This document shows positions 37,348 through 50,897 of a stretch of 64,000 nucleotides of DNA, one piece after another; within the stretch, counting starts at the first letter, position 1; each line of letters begins with the position of its first letter. The notes under the pieces are model-generated. The model saw only the letters and a program-made list of their open reading frames with translations. It searched no databases and was not told where the DNA came from. Origin of the DNA: Octopus vulgaris (Eukaryota); the NCBI GenBank assembly GCA_951406725.2, contig OX597833.1, positions 26,164,001-26,228,000 of the forward strand, read 5' to 3'. Position numbers and translations under genes: made by a program.

Positions 37348-37833
37348 GCATAGATAGATGGATAGATGTAAATTTTCAATATTTTCTTCAGGTGCTACAT
37401 TCGAGCTCCATTCTTCATGCTTCTTTAATTCTTATAACCATAAAAAATATAGTGTCGGCAACACGATAAGGTGCTCTATAATTTCGATGATTGAATACCA
37501 CGTCCAGATTAAACACAATTATACTGCCTTAGCATATATACTTCTATCAAGTGTATAGCTTGCAAGTGTATATATTAGTGTCCCAACTTTCGGAGATAGG
37601 GATAGATACATATATCTGGTGTGTGTGTGTATGTGTGTTTGTGTGTTGTTTGTGTGTATGTGTTTGTGTGTGTGTTTGTGTGTGTGTGTGTGTTGTGTTT
37701 CTCTTCATGCATATGTAATGCTTCTTTGTCAACAAGAAGGAAATAAGACAACACCACCTACTGAAAACCTTGTCAACATCTACATATCAAAACTGAGACT
37801 TTCAATTTTCTATAAATTCCACTCTTCGGACTA

Positions 37834-37869
<36 letters not shown>

Positions 37870-37983
37870 TTGTATATATTGATAAAAATGGTAAGATAGC
37901 AAAAGAATGAAAGAGACCTCGATATTATGTAAATAGAGGAATTTATCTGTAAATGTAATATGTGACAATTATTCGGTAGCTAT

Positions 37984-38044
37984 GATAAAACTCCGAGTTT
38001 CGGATGCCGTGGGGGAAATCCACGCCGCCATCTCTTCAGTTATC
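37984..38044 (-). ncRNA. Type I hammerhead ribozyme motif, intact core
   Basis: Minus strand: gataa-CTGAAGA-gatg.gcgg.cgtgg(atttccc)ccacg.g.catc.c-GAAA-ct(cgg)ag-TT-ttatc; stem I gataa/ttatc; GUU triplet. Confidence 0.75.
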
Positions 38045-38075
38045 CGGCCATCGGATAGCATTTTTCCGATGGCCG

Positions 38076-38120
38076 GATAACTGAAGAGATGGCGGCGCAT
38101 CCGAAACTCGGATTTTTTTC
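38076..38120 (+). ncRNA. Mirror hammerhead copy, stem II shortened and stems III/I mutated
   Basis: gataa-CTGAAGA-gatg(gcggcg)catc.c-GAAA-ctcggat... Confidence 0.6.
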
Positions 38121-38182
38121 ATAGCTACCGAATAATTGTCACTTATTACATTTACAGATATATATATATATATATATATATA

Positions 38183-38183
<1 letters not shown>

Positions 38184-38213
<30 letters not shown>

Positions 38214-38319
38214 AAGAAGAAGAAGAAGAAGAAGAATGATAATGATAATGATAATAATAATAATGATGATGATATTATTATTATTATTATTATTTTTAAT
38301 ATTATTATCATTATTATTA

Positions 38320-38365
<46 letters not shown>

Positions 38366-38382
38366 CATTATTATTATTATTA
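38184..38382. repeat. Compound (AAG)n / (ATG,AAT)n / (ATT)n microsatellite
   Basis: Directly visible. Confidence 0.97.
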
Positions 38383-39817
38383 TGTACAGAATTGTAAAAA
38401 TCGACGCTGCTTACCAGAAAAAATATCGCATATTTATGTATACATGTATTAGAATGACACGGCGCTTCATAAGAATTTCATTTTTGCATTGTTATTACAT
38501 TGTACGTCTTCTAGGCTTTTTTCAGTTTGGAAGGCAGGCAATGGAAGACCTAATGTTTGATGCAAGTCTGATGAAGTGACACTCTATTGTGTAAACTGGC
38601 GTTAAAAGCACAGTTGGTACGGAAACAATTGGTATCGATCATTAAAAATTTGGTTAAATACGGTATCAGAAATAGCGTGTAATGTGTGTATATATATGTA
38701 TACTTATGAATCTGCATGTTTATGTATATGTATGTATAGGCGTGCAGATGTGAATGTGTGTTTGTGCACGGCCTTTACTGGTAAAGGCGGAATAGACCAT
38801 CGAACACCGAGTATCTAGAATCACCTTATCCAATATTTGAATTGAGTAATGTGATTCTAGATACTCTGCCCATTAAGGCAATAAGTAAAACAATATGACG
38901 ACGGTTGTAATATTTTAGATCGAATGTCTTTTTTGATCTGTGAATTAAATAACACTACCGACACCAATAACAATTTTATACAAAACATTGTGATTAATAT
39001 TGACTAGGATAAATAACTTTCATTCATATTTTTAAAAATCTATACACACATACAAACACAGAGACAGAGGTACAGATATACACCATGCAATGACATACTC
39101 CATTACGAGCACAAACACACACATATAATCCGAATATTGTTGACTAATTAATAAATGTTGACTTCTTATGAAACTTAATACTCCACTCATCTGTCGCTGC
39201 TGATCTACGCTTTCAATCTATGATCCCTCTTTGAAGAACTGTCTGCTCTAATCAACAATACACTAAAGAGATCTTTTGACACATTCCAGCCAACCAAACC
39301 CTATTACCAATCTAGTCATCGTCGCCGCCGCCGTCATCGTCATCAACATCATCACCATCATCGTCGTCGTCGTCGTCACCATCCTCCTCCTCATCCTCCT
39401 CCTCATCATCATCATCATAAAACCCACTACCACAACCACCACCACAAACTGCCTGATCAATAATGTATAGAAATACTAACTTCAAATATCGCATTTTCTT
39501 TCTAGCTCCTGAATGAAAGAACCACTTTATGACACATAACATATTCCATCTGCGACTCTTTGCTCAATTAGCTATTTCATAACGGAATCCTCAGTACAGC
39601 TATACTGCAGTTATCATATCACGCTTCCTTTAACACTTTAAAGCCAGGAACCCACATCACGAAAACTTCTTGTATTGGTGACAACACTTTCCCGTTCCTT
39701 TCACATTAGGACGCCGCTACACCAGTGCGCGCAAGCACGCATGCACGCGAAAAATATATTTAGCTATGATAAGTAGCTGCGGTCTGGCCAAACAGCAACA
39801 GCACCGTTTCTCCCTTA

Positions 39818-39856
39818 TTCTAAGACGAAGGGTAAGGCCCGAAACTCTATAAGTGA
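39818..39856 (+). ncRNA. Degenerate hammerhead remnant
   Basis: GACGA-aggg(taagg)ccc-GAAA-ct(ctata)ag-T; the CU of the core and the H position are altered. Confidence 0.4.
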
Positions 39857-40176
39857 TTCACGCACACACAAGTACATGCACGCAGGTATAAACTCACATA
39901 GCTCTGCCCTTCAGTGACAACTCTTTTATCATTATATTTAAATTCTCTGTAGAGAACTATGAATACTCATTAGTAAGGCTTGAAGAAACACATTGCAGCA
40001 ATACTACACAAGCCTGTTTTTTGTCATTTTACTGAAATGATCTGCATCTTGTACATTCCTATGTAACAGGGGACCACTTTTCTTGAACCAATAAAATATG
40101 TACTTGTGAAGTACTGGAGTGAATACCATCGGTTACACACCTTCCACAAAATATTGAAGGCGCCTTGTACATACAT

Positions 40177-40381
40177 TCTTTTACTCTTTTACTTGTTTCA
40201 GTCATTTGATTGCAGTCATGCTGGAGCACCGCCTTTAGTCGAGCAAATCGACCCAAGACTTATTCTTTGGAAGCCTAGTACTTATTCTATCGGACTATTT
40301 TGCCGAATCCCTATGTTTCGGTGTGGGTAAACACACCAGCATCAGTTGTCAAGCGATGTTGGGGGGACAAACACAGACACA

Positions 40382-40460
<79 letters not shown>

Positions 40461-40621
40461 GACGGGTTTCTTTCAGTTTCCGTCTACCAAATCCACTCCC
40501 AAGGCTCTGGTCGGCCCGAGGCTATAGTAGAAGACACTTAACCAAGGTGCCACGCAGTGGGACTGAACCCGGAACCATCTGGCTGGTAAGTAAGCTGCTT
40601 ACCACACGACCACTCCTGCGC
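40177..40621 (-). mobile_element. SINE family A, full length, internal (CA)n(TA)n
   Basis: Complete match to the family. Confidence 0.95.
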
Positions 40622-40689
40622 TTAATGGTAAAAAATATATTTCCTTGCGCATAAAGTAGAAACCATTGTTATTATAATTAGTTGTATTA

Positions 40690-41103
40690 AAACGGCGAGC
40701 TGTCAGAATCATTTGCACGGCGGACATGAGGCTTTGCGTTATTTCTTTAGTCTTTACGTTTGGAGTTTAAATCCCGCCGGGATCAACTTTCCCTTCATCC
40801 TTTCGTGGTCGATGAAATAAGTATCAATAAATCACTGGGATCAATTTAATTGATTACCCACTGCGCTAAAATTTCAGGTCTTGCTCCTGTTAGAAGAAAT
40901 CATTAATAGTAGTAACATCAAGGCGGCAAGTTATTGGCAAAATGGTTAGCGGCATTCTGTCCGTCTTTACTTTCTGAGTTCAAATTCCACCGAGATCTAC
41001 TTTGCCTTTCATCCTTTCGGGGTCGATAGAATAAGTACAAGTAGAGCATTGAGTCCCATCCTCCGAATTTTCTGCCCCTGTGCCAAAATTTGAAACCATT
41101 ATT
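40690..41103 (+). mobile_element. Two tandem SINE family B copies (40690-40905, 40920-41103)
   Basis: Each has a ggcg(a)agc-type head, a B-box and ttcatcctttcg.ggtcgat...aataagta. Confidence 0.88.
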
Positions 41104-41199
41104 AGTAGTCGCATCGTCATATTTTATAAAACTTCATACGAGTTTCCACTTCACCAAAAAACGGCAATGCTATGTCCCTAGGTTTGTGTAATTTTCTTT

Positions 41200-44100
41200 T
41201 GAGCGTGTCGAATATTTTGCTTGTTATAATGCTTCGTCGTAGGGTAAATTTTGCTGTGTCTGGCATTAGCTTATTGTTTCGTCATATTGTTTTGTGAAAT
41301 ATGTGCAGTACGAGTTGGGTATATTTTGTTCTAGGATTATTCTATTTCGTTTGTACTCATGAGATCAGTTTTATATGGTCTAGAATCCGGTGGTGATTGT
41401 GAAGAGTATGAGCTACGTGCCTAGTCTTTACTGTGTCTATATTCATGTGGCTTATCCCTTATGCTTGAGAATGTGTTGTATCAATTTAGTTGACAAAGAT
41501 TGTGTGATGTGTCTGATGTGTGGATTGTGTTATCATATTTGCTTGAAATTCTTTGGTGTGTGTACTATGTGGGTGTTGTTTTCTATTATTCGGTGGTGCT
41601 TTTAACAGAACTTGTGATGTGGGAATCTTTCATGGACGACAGAGTAAGATATATGTTATCGAATTAAATATGTATTTCAAAGGAAATATAGTTGATCTAG
41701 TAGGACTATTTTTGAACCCTTTGTTGAATTGTGAACCCAACTTGTTTGTTGCGGTTTTATACTCTCTTTACTTTTTACTCTTTTACTTGTTTCAGTCATC
41801 GGACTGAGGCCATGCTGGAGCACCGCCTTTAGTCGAAAAAATCGACTCCAGGATTTATTCGTTGTAAGCCTAGTACTTATTCTATCGGACTCTTTTGCCG
41901 AACCGCTAGGTACGGGGGTGTAAAAACACCACCATCCGTTGTCATGCGATGTTTTTTTTTTTGGTGGGAGGACAAACACAGACACACAAACACATGCACA
42001 CACATACATGTATAGACGTATATACGACGGACTTCTTTCAGTTTTTGTCTACCAAATCCACTCACAAGGCTTTGGTCAGCCCGAGGCTATTAGTAGACGA
42101 CACTTGCCCAAAGGCCACGCAGTGGGACTGAACCCGGAACCGTGTAGCTGGTAAGCAAGCTACTTACCACAGAGCCACTCCTGCGCCTATGTTTTTGTTT
42201 TTCTGTATTTATACCAGAGCATTGAATATGTTCACGTTCTCACAAGTCGCATACTGTTTTTGCAAGAGATCAAGCTTTCTAGAAGAGCAGAGATGTTTTT
42301 ATTCTAAGCTTTGATAATTATACTTGGACGGTGCATTTTAAATATCTTGGCTACTTGGGCAGGCGTGGTCTCAGCTGTGTTTGGCTTATTCGAAGTGTGT
42401 AGCGTGTTTAGTACATGCTAATACGACTTATTTCACGTTGAAATGCTGGCACCATAAAAAGTAGACGACGATGCCAATTCGATCTTGTCTGAAGATATAC
42501 TCGGACATGTACACAGACAAAGCAGCTGGAAATAAAGCGGTCAATTGTCTCACATTTCGTGTTGGCCTTTTTATTGTTCTTTGTTTTTTTTATCTTTCTT
42601 TTTCCAGTTATTTGTGGCCAGACATCCTGGCAGCCAAACACAAATTTTTCGTGTCTACTTTTAGCCCAGAGATTTTATGCTATTGTTGGCTATCTTACTA
42701 GCTTATTTCCAATGTTGCATTGCAGGGTATTGACCATCGGGTAGATATTATTTCTATTATCTTTTACTATGATTTAGAATTTTCCTTTCCTAGCACATTT
42801 TGTATTTGTATAAAGTTCATTTTCAATGTAGTTTGTTTCCAGTTTATATTTTATGGTTTGCTTATGCAGAGATAATATTTTCCTATGCATCCTTATTTCA
42901 CTAATCAGCTTCCCTTTCCCTGCTTCTATGTATTTCTAGTCCTACAGTTTAAACTTTATTGTACTTTCTATTAGTATCACATCCAGTCCTCCTCTTTCTG
43001 GCGTACGTATACTCCGCCTATATAATCTTCGAAGTGGTAGCTTCTCAACGCTGTTAGTAGTCTCCTCTTTTTTTTTTATCAGTGTAATTTACTTAATACT
43101 AAGCTTAAGTTGTAGCTGAATTTTATAACTAGGATGGCTAGTCTAATTATACCTGTTCATCTATTTCTGGTATTGATTTCAGCTTTTAATACCAGACTAA
43201 ATCTTCTGCATCTCTTTTTGTTTACTTATTTCATTTGCACGTGTTTTATCTTTAGTGTTTGTATGAGAGTTGTAGTTCAAATCTCTAATTTCAGTGTAAT
43301 GTAATTCTTTCCATTTTACTTAATTCTCCTTTTCTTACAATAGCTAACTTACTACTCGTATGTATGCTCGCAGAAACTTTTTTCCTAATCGGAATTTCCT
43401 CTTCAATCCTTAAGTCATCCATATTAGAGGAGATGGTTTTAGTTTTCCCATGGCATCTCTAAACATTATCATTTACTTCAGCATATTTCTTAATGGAGTC
43501 ATAAGTAATATTAAAAACTACCTTCAATAATGAATCGTAAATCAAACTAAACCATATCAAAGTTTGTTTTCCTCATTCTGCTATCATCTCTGATAGCCTG
43601 ATTAACCAGACGCTGTTCTTTACACCGTCATTTTTTATCTAGCGCCATTTTTCCTCATTTGGTTATATGATCTTACTTTCGAATAATCATACTGCTCTAG
43701 ACTATAAATGTAAAGGATTTGCATGTTTTGAGCTCCGTCTGAACCGAATCAATGATTTAACACTTGATTTTGGTCTGCTTCTCAGTTCTTGGAATGCTGC
43801 CGACACATAACCAATGGTACTGATATAAGTCAGGTCTTCAGACAGAAAATATGAATCCTTGATTCGTTTTCAGTTCCTTGTAGTTCTTAATGTATTCGGT
43901 TGGTAAATTCCCTGACGGTTAGAGTGGGCCATGCTTGTGAATCTCTCGATTCTTCACTTTTAATCCATTTCTCTTACCCGACAATATCTTTCAGCTTGCC
44001 TTGATATTGGTATATCTGATCTTGATTTATATATAAAGCTATTTATTAATGCATTTTGGTTGCTGAAAGTCGAAGGCAGCCTTCCACATTTTCTGACCGA

Positions 44101-44244
44101 ATAGGATTTCTCAGCCTAATATTTATATGCTGTTATTAATAGCTTTATATCTACATCGAAATCCAATTATAAAACGAATTCTTCCTGGTTCATTCGAACG
44201 TTCATAAATTCTTATGACGTCAGCCATATATATAATCAAAAGTT

Positions 44245-44312
<68 letters not shown>

Positions 44313-45470
44313 TGTGAGTGCGTTTGTGTACGTATGCATATAAGTATGCGTGTCTTTCTTCATGCCCTTTTAAAATCTTTTATTTCATACAAATATTTTG
44401 TTCTTTGGGAAGAAACATTCATAATTTTTAAAGCATCTTATCATCTATGCTTCACTGATAGGATTTGCTTAAGCTTTTCTTTTGCTTCCAGAGTATCTTC
44501 TATTTTTATATACTTAGTAATTATTTGGGTCCTTTTTTTATGTACCCTTTTCATATTTTCATGGTTGATTCTTCTTTTAGGTAGCGATAGGACGTTGTAA
44601 TTTATTTCAATTTTATCCAGTACTTTTTTTTTTTGCAAGCTGGGAGCTGATTCAGTTAAATTCAACACTGTTTTTTGTGTGTTTTTTTTCCTATTCATTA
44701 CCATTGTTACTGAATCATCCGGTCTGTTGGTATTCACCTCGTTTGTTTCCGTGGACAGAATTTGCTACCAAACCCTGTTGCATTTATTTTTTCCTTTGTG
44801 CAGTTGTTTGTTCTCTGTAGCTTGAACAGGATTTACGTTATGCGTGCGTGCTCATCAAATATCTTATGCTCTCTTCTTTTATCGACTATATTGCTTCTGT
44901 TAGGTCTTCCTTAACGTTCACTCTGGTTGATCTGTTGTAATACATAATTATATTCCAGATGTTGTTAAGTATGCAGGCACGGTTATATTTTGTTATGGTA
45001 ATCTATGTAGTTGAATGTTTTTATAAGGAATCTTATGGTCTTCCTCAACATTTTAGATTATAGTTTCTTTTGATTTACTAAATGCTTTCTTTGTTTTTTG
45101 TTTTTTTTCTTTTTTTGTATGGTGGTTTCTGTTGTGTTTCCATTGTTTCGAGCGAGAATTTGTTGAATTGTTGTATGCGTGGTTGATATTGTGTTATTTT
45201 TGTGGAAATTTCCTCGTTTTGCATGTGGTGCTTGTTGCTGTATTGTTATGATTTCATTGGTTTCTGATTGGTTATCTTCTTCATTTGTTGCCAGTTCTTT
45301 TCTTGTATCTCTTTTCATATTCCTTCTCTCAGTCCTTATATTTAGAATTTTGCATCTACATTGATTACCAAAAATTCTGCATACATTCATAACTATGCCT
45401 GCAATGATATTTTCCTTATTTTTTTCTATTTTCCATAATTCATGGGTCATTTTGATGGTGCGCATGCCTA
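41200..45470 (-). mobile_element. Long, heavily decayed R4/Dong-like non-LTR retrotransposon, interrupted by a SINE and (TG)n
   Basis: Minus-strand remnants in expected order: MTHELWK...FGNQCR (N-terminus), LVLKAEINTRNR...LAILVIKFSY, RLY...RGGL, CETIDRFISSC...Y (CCHC region); strong strand asymmetry; many stops. Confidence 0.55.
41763..42187 (-). mobile_element. SINE family A, full length, nested in the LINE remnant
   Basis: Complete match to the family. Confidence 0.95.
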
Positions 45471-45498
45471 GTTGATGTATTTCTGTTTATTTGTGTGT

Positions 45499-45534
<36 letters not shown>

Positions 45535-46194
45535 CAGGAATATGCCCCTTCAAAAGAGTGTGCATTGGTTCAACATTCGCTTTTATACTGCTTTTGTACG
45601 AAATAAATGGCCAGCCATTCTGTCCAGAATTAATATTTTGGGGGAAAAAATATTTAAATCATTACATTCGCATAACAAGCTCAATAAAATCACGTTATGC
45701 AATTCTTGTTTTGGAATTTTTTTCTATTTGATGTCCCTCTGGAAGTAGTTGAGCTGTTTTTGGAGATAAATTTTGTTTCATCTTGATCAGATGTATTGAA
45801 AATTTACTTTCGATTATTTCTTTTTTGTCTCCAGTGTTCACTTCTTTATTTTAGCGTATGTATAAATTATTTAAATGATGTATTTTGTTTGTACTGATCA
45901 CTTGTAATATTTAGAATAATAATTAATGGTACTAGCTGGGATAGATTTGTTTCGAATGCATTCAAAAGTTAATTCCGTATTTGTTTTTTCCATATATTTG
46001 TGCAACATCATCAACATATTTTGCGTGTAACATGTAGAATTAACACTTAAAATAACAAAGCACATTACATATTGCTATTCTTATAACGTTACATTATTCA
46101 TTTGGTTTTGGCTCCGGTAGTATTGGATTTTGAGATTTTGCGAAGCCATACGTTGCAACATCTGTTTTATTATAATTTATATCTCATTTTACAC

Positions 46195-46915
46195 CCCCAG
46201 AGCTCTCGATCTTACTTGATCCGATTAATTATGTGAGAACAGACAGCAGCCTGTTGTCTCACAGGGTCTCGTGTCAATTCCGATTGCTCTGAATATTTCT
46301 CGAACTTGGTTGATAGTACTCCGGGTGCCCCTACAACTACTGGGTTGACAGACATTCTCCTCATATTCCACATTCTTGCAATTTCGTCTTTTAGTAGTCC
46401 GTACTTTCCAATATTTTCTAGTTATTTGTCATTTATGCATGCATCCTCAGGTATTGTAATATCTATAATATTGGTTTCCTTATGACCTTTATCTAACACA
46501 ACAATATCTGGTCTCCGAGCATCGATTAGGGAGTCACATTGGATTGTAAATTCCCACAGTATCTTATATTCCTTGTTCTTCGTGACTCCTGGTTTGTGTT
46601 CGTACTTTTCATAAAGCCTCCAGTGGCCACGTTAGTGCACCTCCTTTTGTAATGCTCGTAGGCCATCTTGTTACACTCACTCACGATATGTGAAACTGTT
46701 TCAATTTTTTGCTGTCACACATCCTACAAAGGGGCGGTTCGCTTCTTATTTATTTGGAACTTGGTGTAATTAGTTCTCAGATCTCGTTCCTGGGCGCTGC
46801 ATTTCAATGCCTCAGTGTATCCTTTCAAATCATTTTTTCTTAGCCTCGATTTCTCTGAGCTGTTGACCATGCAGGGATTTCCTTTTCGAATTGCTTTTTC
46901 TTTCTTCTTCATATA
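46195..46915 (-). mobile_element. R4/Dong-clade retrotransposon C-terminus (CCHC knuckle and restriction-like endonuclease)
   Basis: LKGYTEALKCSAQERDLRTNY, CRMC...ETVSHIVSEC, KILWEFTIQCDSLIDARRPDIVVLDK, IIDITIPED, KYGLLKDEIARMWNM, PVVVGAPG. Confidence 0.92.
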
Positions 46916-46949
46916 ACTGTTTACTCTTTCTTCACCAGTTTACTTCCTC

Positions 46950-46967
46950 TACTGCTGCTGCTGCTGC

Positions 46968-47003
<36 letters not shown>

Positions 47004-47043
47004 CACCACCACCACTACCACTACTGCTACCACCACCACCATC

Positions 47044-47124
<81 letters not shown>
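46950..47124. repeat. Compound (CTG)/(CTA)/(CCA)n microsatellite
   Basis: Directly visible. Confidence 0.97.
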
Positions 47125-47125
<1 letters not shown>

Positions 47126-47579
47126 GTGGAACCCGTGGAAATTTCACAGAATTTTCAAAAATTAAGAGAACCTACTTAAGAAAGAAAGGAGGATGTGTAT
47201 TTTTATAGCATTCATAGCTTAGTTTCTTTAAATATGTGTGACGTTCGTCTACATTCATTTTCTCACGTCTCCATTGCTGTTGTCTTTTTCCTCTTTTTAT
47301 TGTTAATTTTCTCGCGGTTTTCTTGGTGATCCGTGTTCTATATCTGCGCATCCTTTCTCGGGCAGCTTGCAACTGTGTTTCTTGTGAATCCAGAGCTTAG
47401 GCTAAATTAACCCTTATAAATAAATATCATTTTTTTAAGTGAGCAGACGTTAAATAATTACACTTATGCGTATGCGATGGTCACTATAATAAAAATTAGT
47501 TCAATAAAAAAATGCTTAAATTCTTACCACTATCGACACACCACCACCACTGCTAGCCGCCTCTGTCAGTCTGTTTGTT

Positions 47580-47631
<52 letters not shown>

Positions 47632-47945
47632 TCTTTCTCTTCCTTGTCCATCTCTCTCTACTTTCCCGTCAGCTAACTTCTTAACTATTTAATAAGTATT
47701 CCTTCTCACATTACCGCATGTCGTTAACACTACTCTCTCCCTCTTTTTCTCTCGTTTTCCGTCTCTACCTTCAGCTGACCATGTGACCATTTGGCCTAAG
47801 TGCATTAATAATAATCACCTTTCTCTACTTCTTCCTCTCTTCTTTCTTCACTCCTCCTCCCCTCTCTCTCCCTCCTACTCTTACTGTACCACCACCACTC
47901 TAACTAATGTATAACGGGCGAACGAAGAAGCAGATTATCATATAG

Positions 47946-47986
<41 letters not shown>

Positions 47987-48492
47987 AATTTCGTGCCAGT
48001 TTTTTTACGTTCCCAGCTTACATTGCCCTGGGGTCAGCCTTACCTTTCATCCATCCTGAATCTATGAAATTATCCATCAGTATCGAAACCGGTTTTGTCA
48101 ACTGGCGTCTTCCAAAATTAGGCCTAGTATCTATGCGAAAAAGTACCATTATGGTTCCTTGGCAGATTATGCTAAATCGGTATAGAAGGAGGACGATATC
48201 TGATGCAAATAGAAAACTATTACAAACAAGCAATAGTGTAACTACAGACCACTATGAAGCAAAACAAAACGTAACTGATAAGAGTTGTAAAGAATCATGA
48301 AGAAAATAAAATGCCTTCTCTCTGTTCTCTCTCTCTCTCACTCTCGCTCTTTTTCTCTTTCTTACTCTGTATATATGAAAGCGATGATTGAAACTGGAGC
48401 TAACGGCGTAAAAATAGATGTCATAACATCGGAAAAGTTTACAAGATCACAACAAAATCGAAATGAAATTTGAAAATATATAAAGGAGCAAT

Positions 48493-48810
48493 CCGCCGGA
48501 TACAATGACGAGGATCCCAGCTGATAAGATCAACGGGACAGCCTGCTCGTGAAATTAACGTGCAAGTGACTGAGCACTCCACAGGCACGTGTACCCTTAA
48601 CGTAATTCTCGGTGAGATTCCGCGTGACACAGAGTGTGACAAGGCCGGCCCTTTGAAATACAGGTACTACTCAGTCTTGCCAGCTGAGTGGATTTGGAGC
48701 AACGTGAAATAAAGTTTCTTGTTCAAGAACACAACCCGTCGCCGGAAATTGAACTCACAACCTTACGATCATGAGCCGAATGCCCGAACCACTCAGCCAA
48801 GCGCCTTCAC
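48493..48810 (-). mobile_element. SINE family C (tRNA-derived)
   Basis: Minus strand: A-box tggctgagtgg, B-box gagttcaatttcc, then gttgtgttcttgaacaagaaactttatttcacgttgctcc central domain. Confidence 0.88.
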
Positions 48811-49759
48811 TTCCAAATATACTAAAGTAAAAATGCAGAGAAAAATAACTCCATGTCCAATATCTCTGTTCTATGTGATGCAGTGAAGAGCTTACAGCCA
48901 TGAGGTGCTGGAAGGTGGGAAAAGAGAAAGAGAGAGGTCAGCATAACTCGTCTCGGCAGCAGTGGTTTGTACTGTACCACTATTTGCGGATGACCGAAAA
49001 TCTCTCCTTGTCTTTAGCACCGGAAGATGATGACCAGGGGTCACTTCTCCTGACCGCAACCGCTTATGCTGCTACATCGTTTTTCGAAAATAAGAAGGAT
49101 ACAGAAATTTTCGGGTACAGCGTAGTGTGAGAAAAAAAGAAGGAAAAAATCAGACACTCGAAAATAATATATTTACCCCAAAAAGCTGACAGACAGGGAG
49201 TTCTCTCAGATAACCTGGCTTTCACTGAAAGTTCAGCAAGTTTCTGCTGGAAATGTTGCCTCTTTAGAATATGAGAAAAAAGTTTCATATTAATTTGTTA
49301 CATCCCTTTTATTTTTCGAAGCGAAGTGCTGCTATACTTTGCGCGTGTTCAACCTCTTTCTGTTAAATAATGGTAGTGGAGATAGATTTAATCGACTGCG
49401 TCGATTAGCGCCATACTTTTTTGTTTTCTTGGCGTCTCTGATAGAAAACCTGATTATTACAGACTTGTGAAGGATGAGGTAACGGCATTATATAAGAACG
49501 CATCAAACATTATTAAGTTAATAGATTGGTTATGTAACCTTCAGCCAAAGAATGTTACTCTTAAATTTTATGGCTGCTCAAGAGAAGTCGGCCAAACTGA
49601 TAACAGATGAAGGCACCTGAAAAAGTTTTCTTATTGAAATAATATGAATTTCAGTGTTACATGTTACGAAGCAAATACTTAATCATGTTCATTTTGATGT
49701 TGCGAGTATTTACTCAACACTATTTTATAAATTTTTATTTGAGTATAAAGCTGTTACCG

Positions 49760-50150
49760 TCATCATCATCATCCTTACTTTCTCATTTATTTTTTCAGGC
49801 TTTCATGAGTTGTGCAAGTCTTCTGTAGCATAGTTTCTCGCTACTTGTTGCAGCCTTTATCACATCCTTCGCGAGGTTCAGTGCGCGAAATGAGTCGTCA
49901 CCAATTCTCATATCATACTGTATTCCTCCTCCACAGATTGTTACACATGTTCAACACATTCTCCTTTCTTACACACAACATGTAATTCCATTTTCTAGAG
50001 AAATTTTCTTGCAGTTGATTTGTGTTCTATCTTTCCTGTACTAACAGTTTACACCTAAGCTGTCCAACATTCTCACATCCACCTTCTTCAATGCACACAA
50101 CGCTACTGGAAAATATCGTATGGTATATACAAGCATCAAACTGTCGGTCT
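49760..50150 (-). mobile_element. Decayed RTE LINE 3' end with (ATG)n tail
   Basis: Minus strand: ALKKVDVRML, GITCCV*ERRMC, ICGGG, RALNLAKD; (CAT)n at about 49760-49772. Confidence 0.5.
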
Positions 50151-50897
50151 TCCCTTCGGAACAAAAATCACTCTTTCTTACTTAATTAATTAATATTTCC
50201 CTAAACGTGTTCGTTTCTGTTCTTAGTTTGGTTACCATGCTTTCAGAGTGCTCATCTCTACTTAGACATCCTAATAACAATCTAATCTCTAATAAGACAA
50301 CTTAAGTAACCGCTTCTTTCAATCATACTTTGAGCAAGTACCTTATTAAAGAGGTTCCGTATCAGGTAGCTAGAAACGTTACGCGTCCAATGTAAGCAGC
50401 ATGGAATGAAATTTGCAGTCTATCGGCAATACACCGGTTTCCCGCATTGAGTATATGTTTATTACGCGAGCACTGCTTCTATTTCCTATATGAATATGTT
50501 CTTACGTATGCATTGTCCAAGCATACCTGCATATGGTTTGCTTGCTATGGGCATATAAGCCGTGGACTGACGAAATGATTCATTTGCGACTCTCTTCGTG
50601 TACATGATGTTGACAAGCCACAAAAATGGCGAGACATCGTTATCAATCATTCTCAGATAGGATTAGAGTTGAGTTATCCGGCTTGTCCATGACTATCATA
50701 TGTTATAACATCCGACGCTTTGAGAGGGCATTCTCCACCGCACCATGTCACGGCCTACCGGCAAATACACCGCGCTCGTGCGTCAGGTATATGTGGTTGA
50801 TACCTATGTGTGCACACGTGTATGTGCGTGAGAGTGTGCTTGCAAATATATATATATATATATATATATAATTATATATATACCGAATATATATATA

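Larger units (their letters stand above)
37944..38160. mobile_element. Inverted pair of Penelope-like terminal repeats, each with a hammerhead motif
   Basis: Arms 37944-38055 and 38065-38160 are reverse complements apart from a deletion of about 16 nt and a few substitutions; 9-nt loop; flanked by TA/TG tracts. Confidence 0.85.

Noticed and set aside
50560-50800. Possible exon ending at cag/gtatat (ORF 50626-50871)
   Set aside because: No recognisable domain, no convincing acceptor and no partner exons; cannot be supported without RNA data
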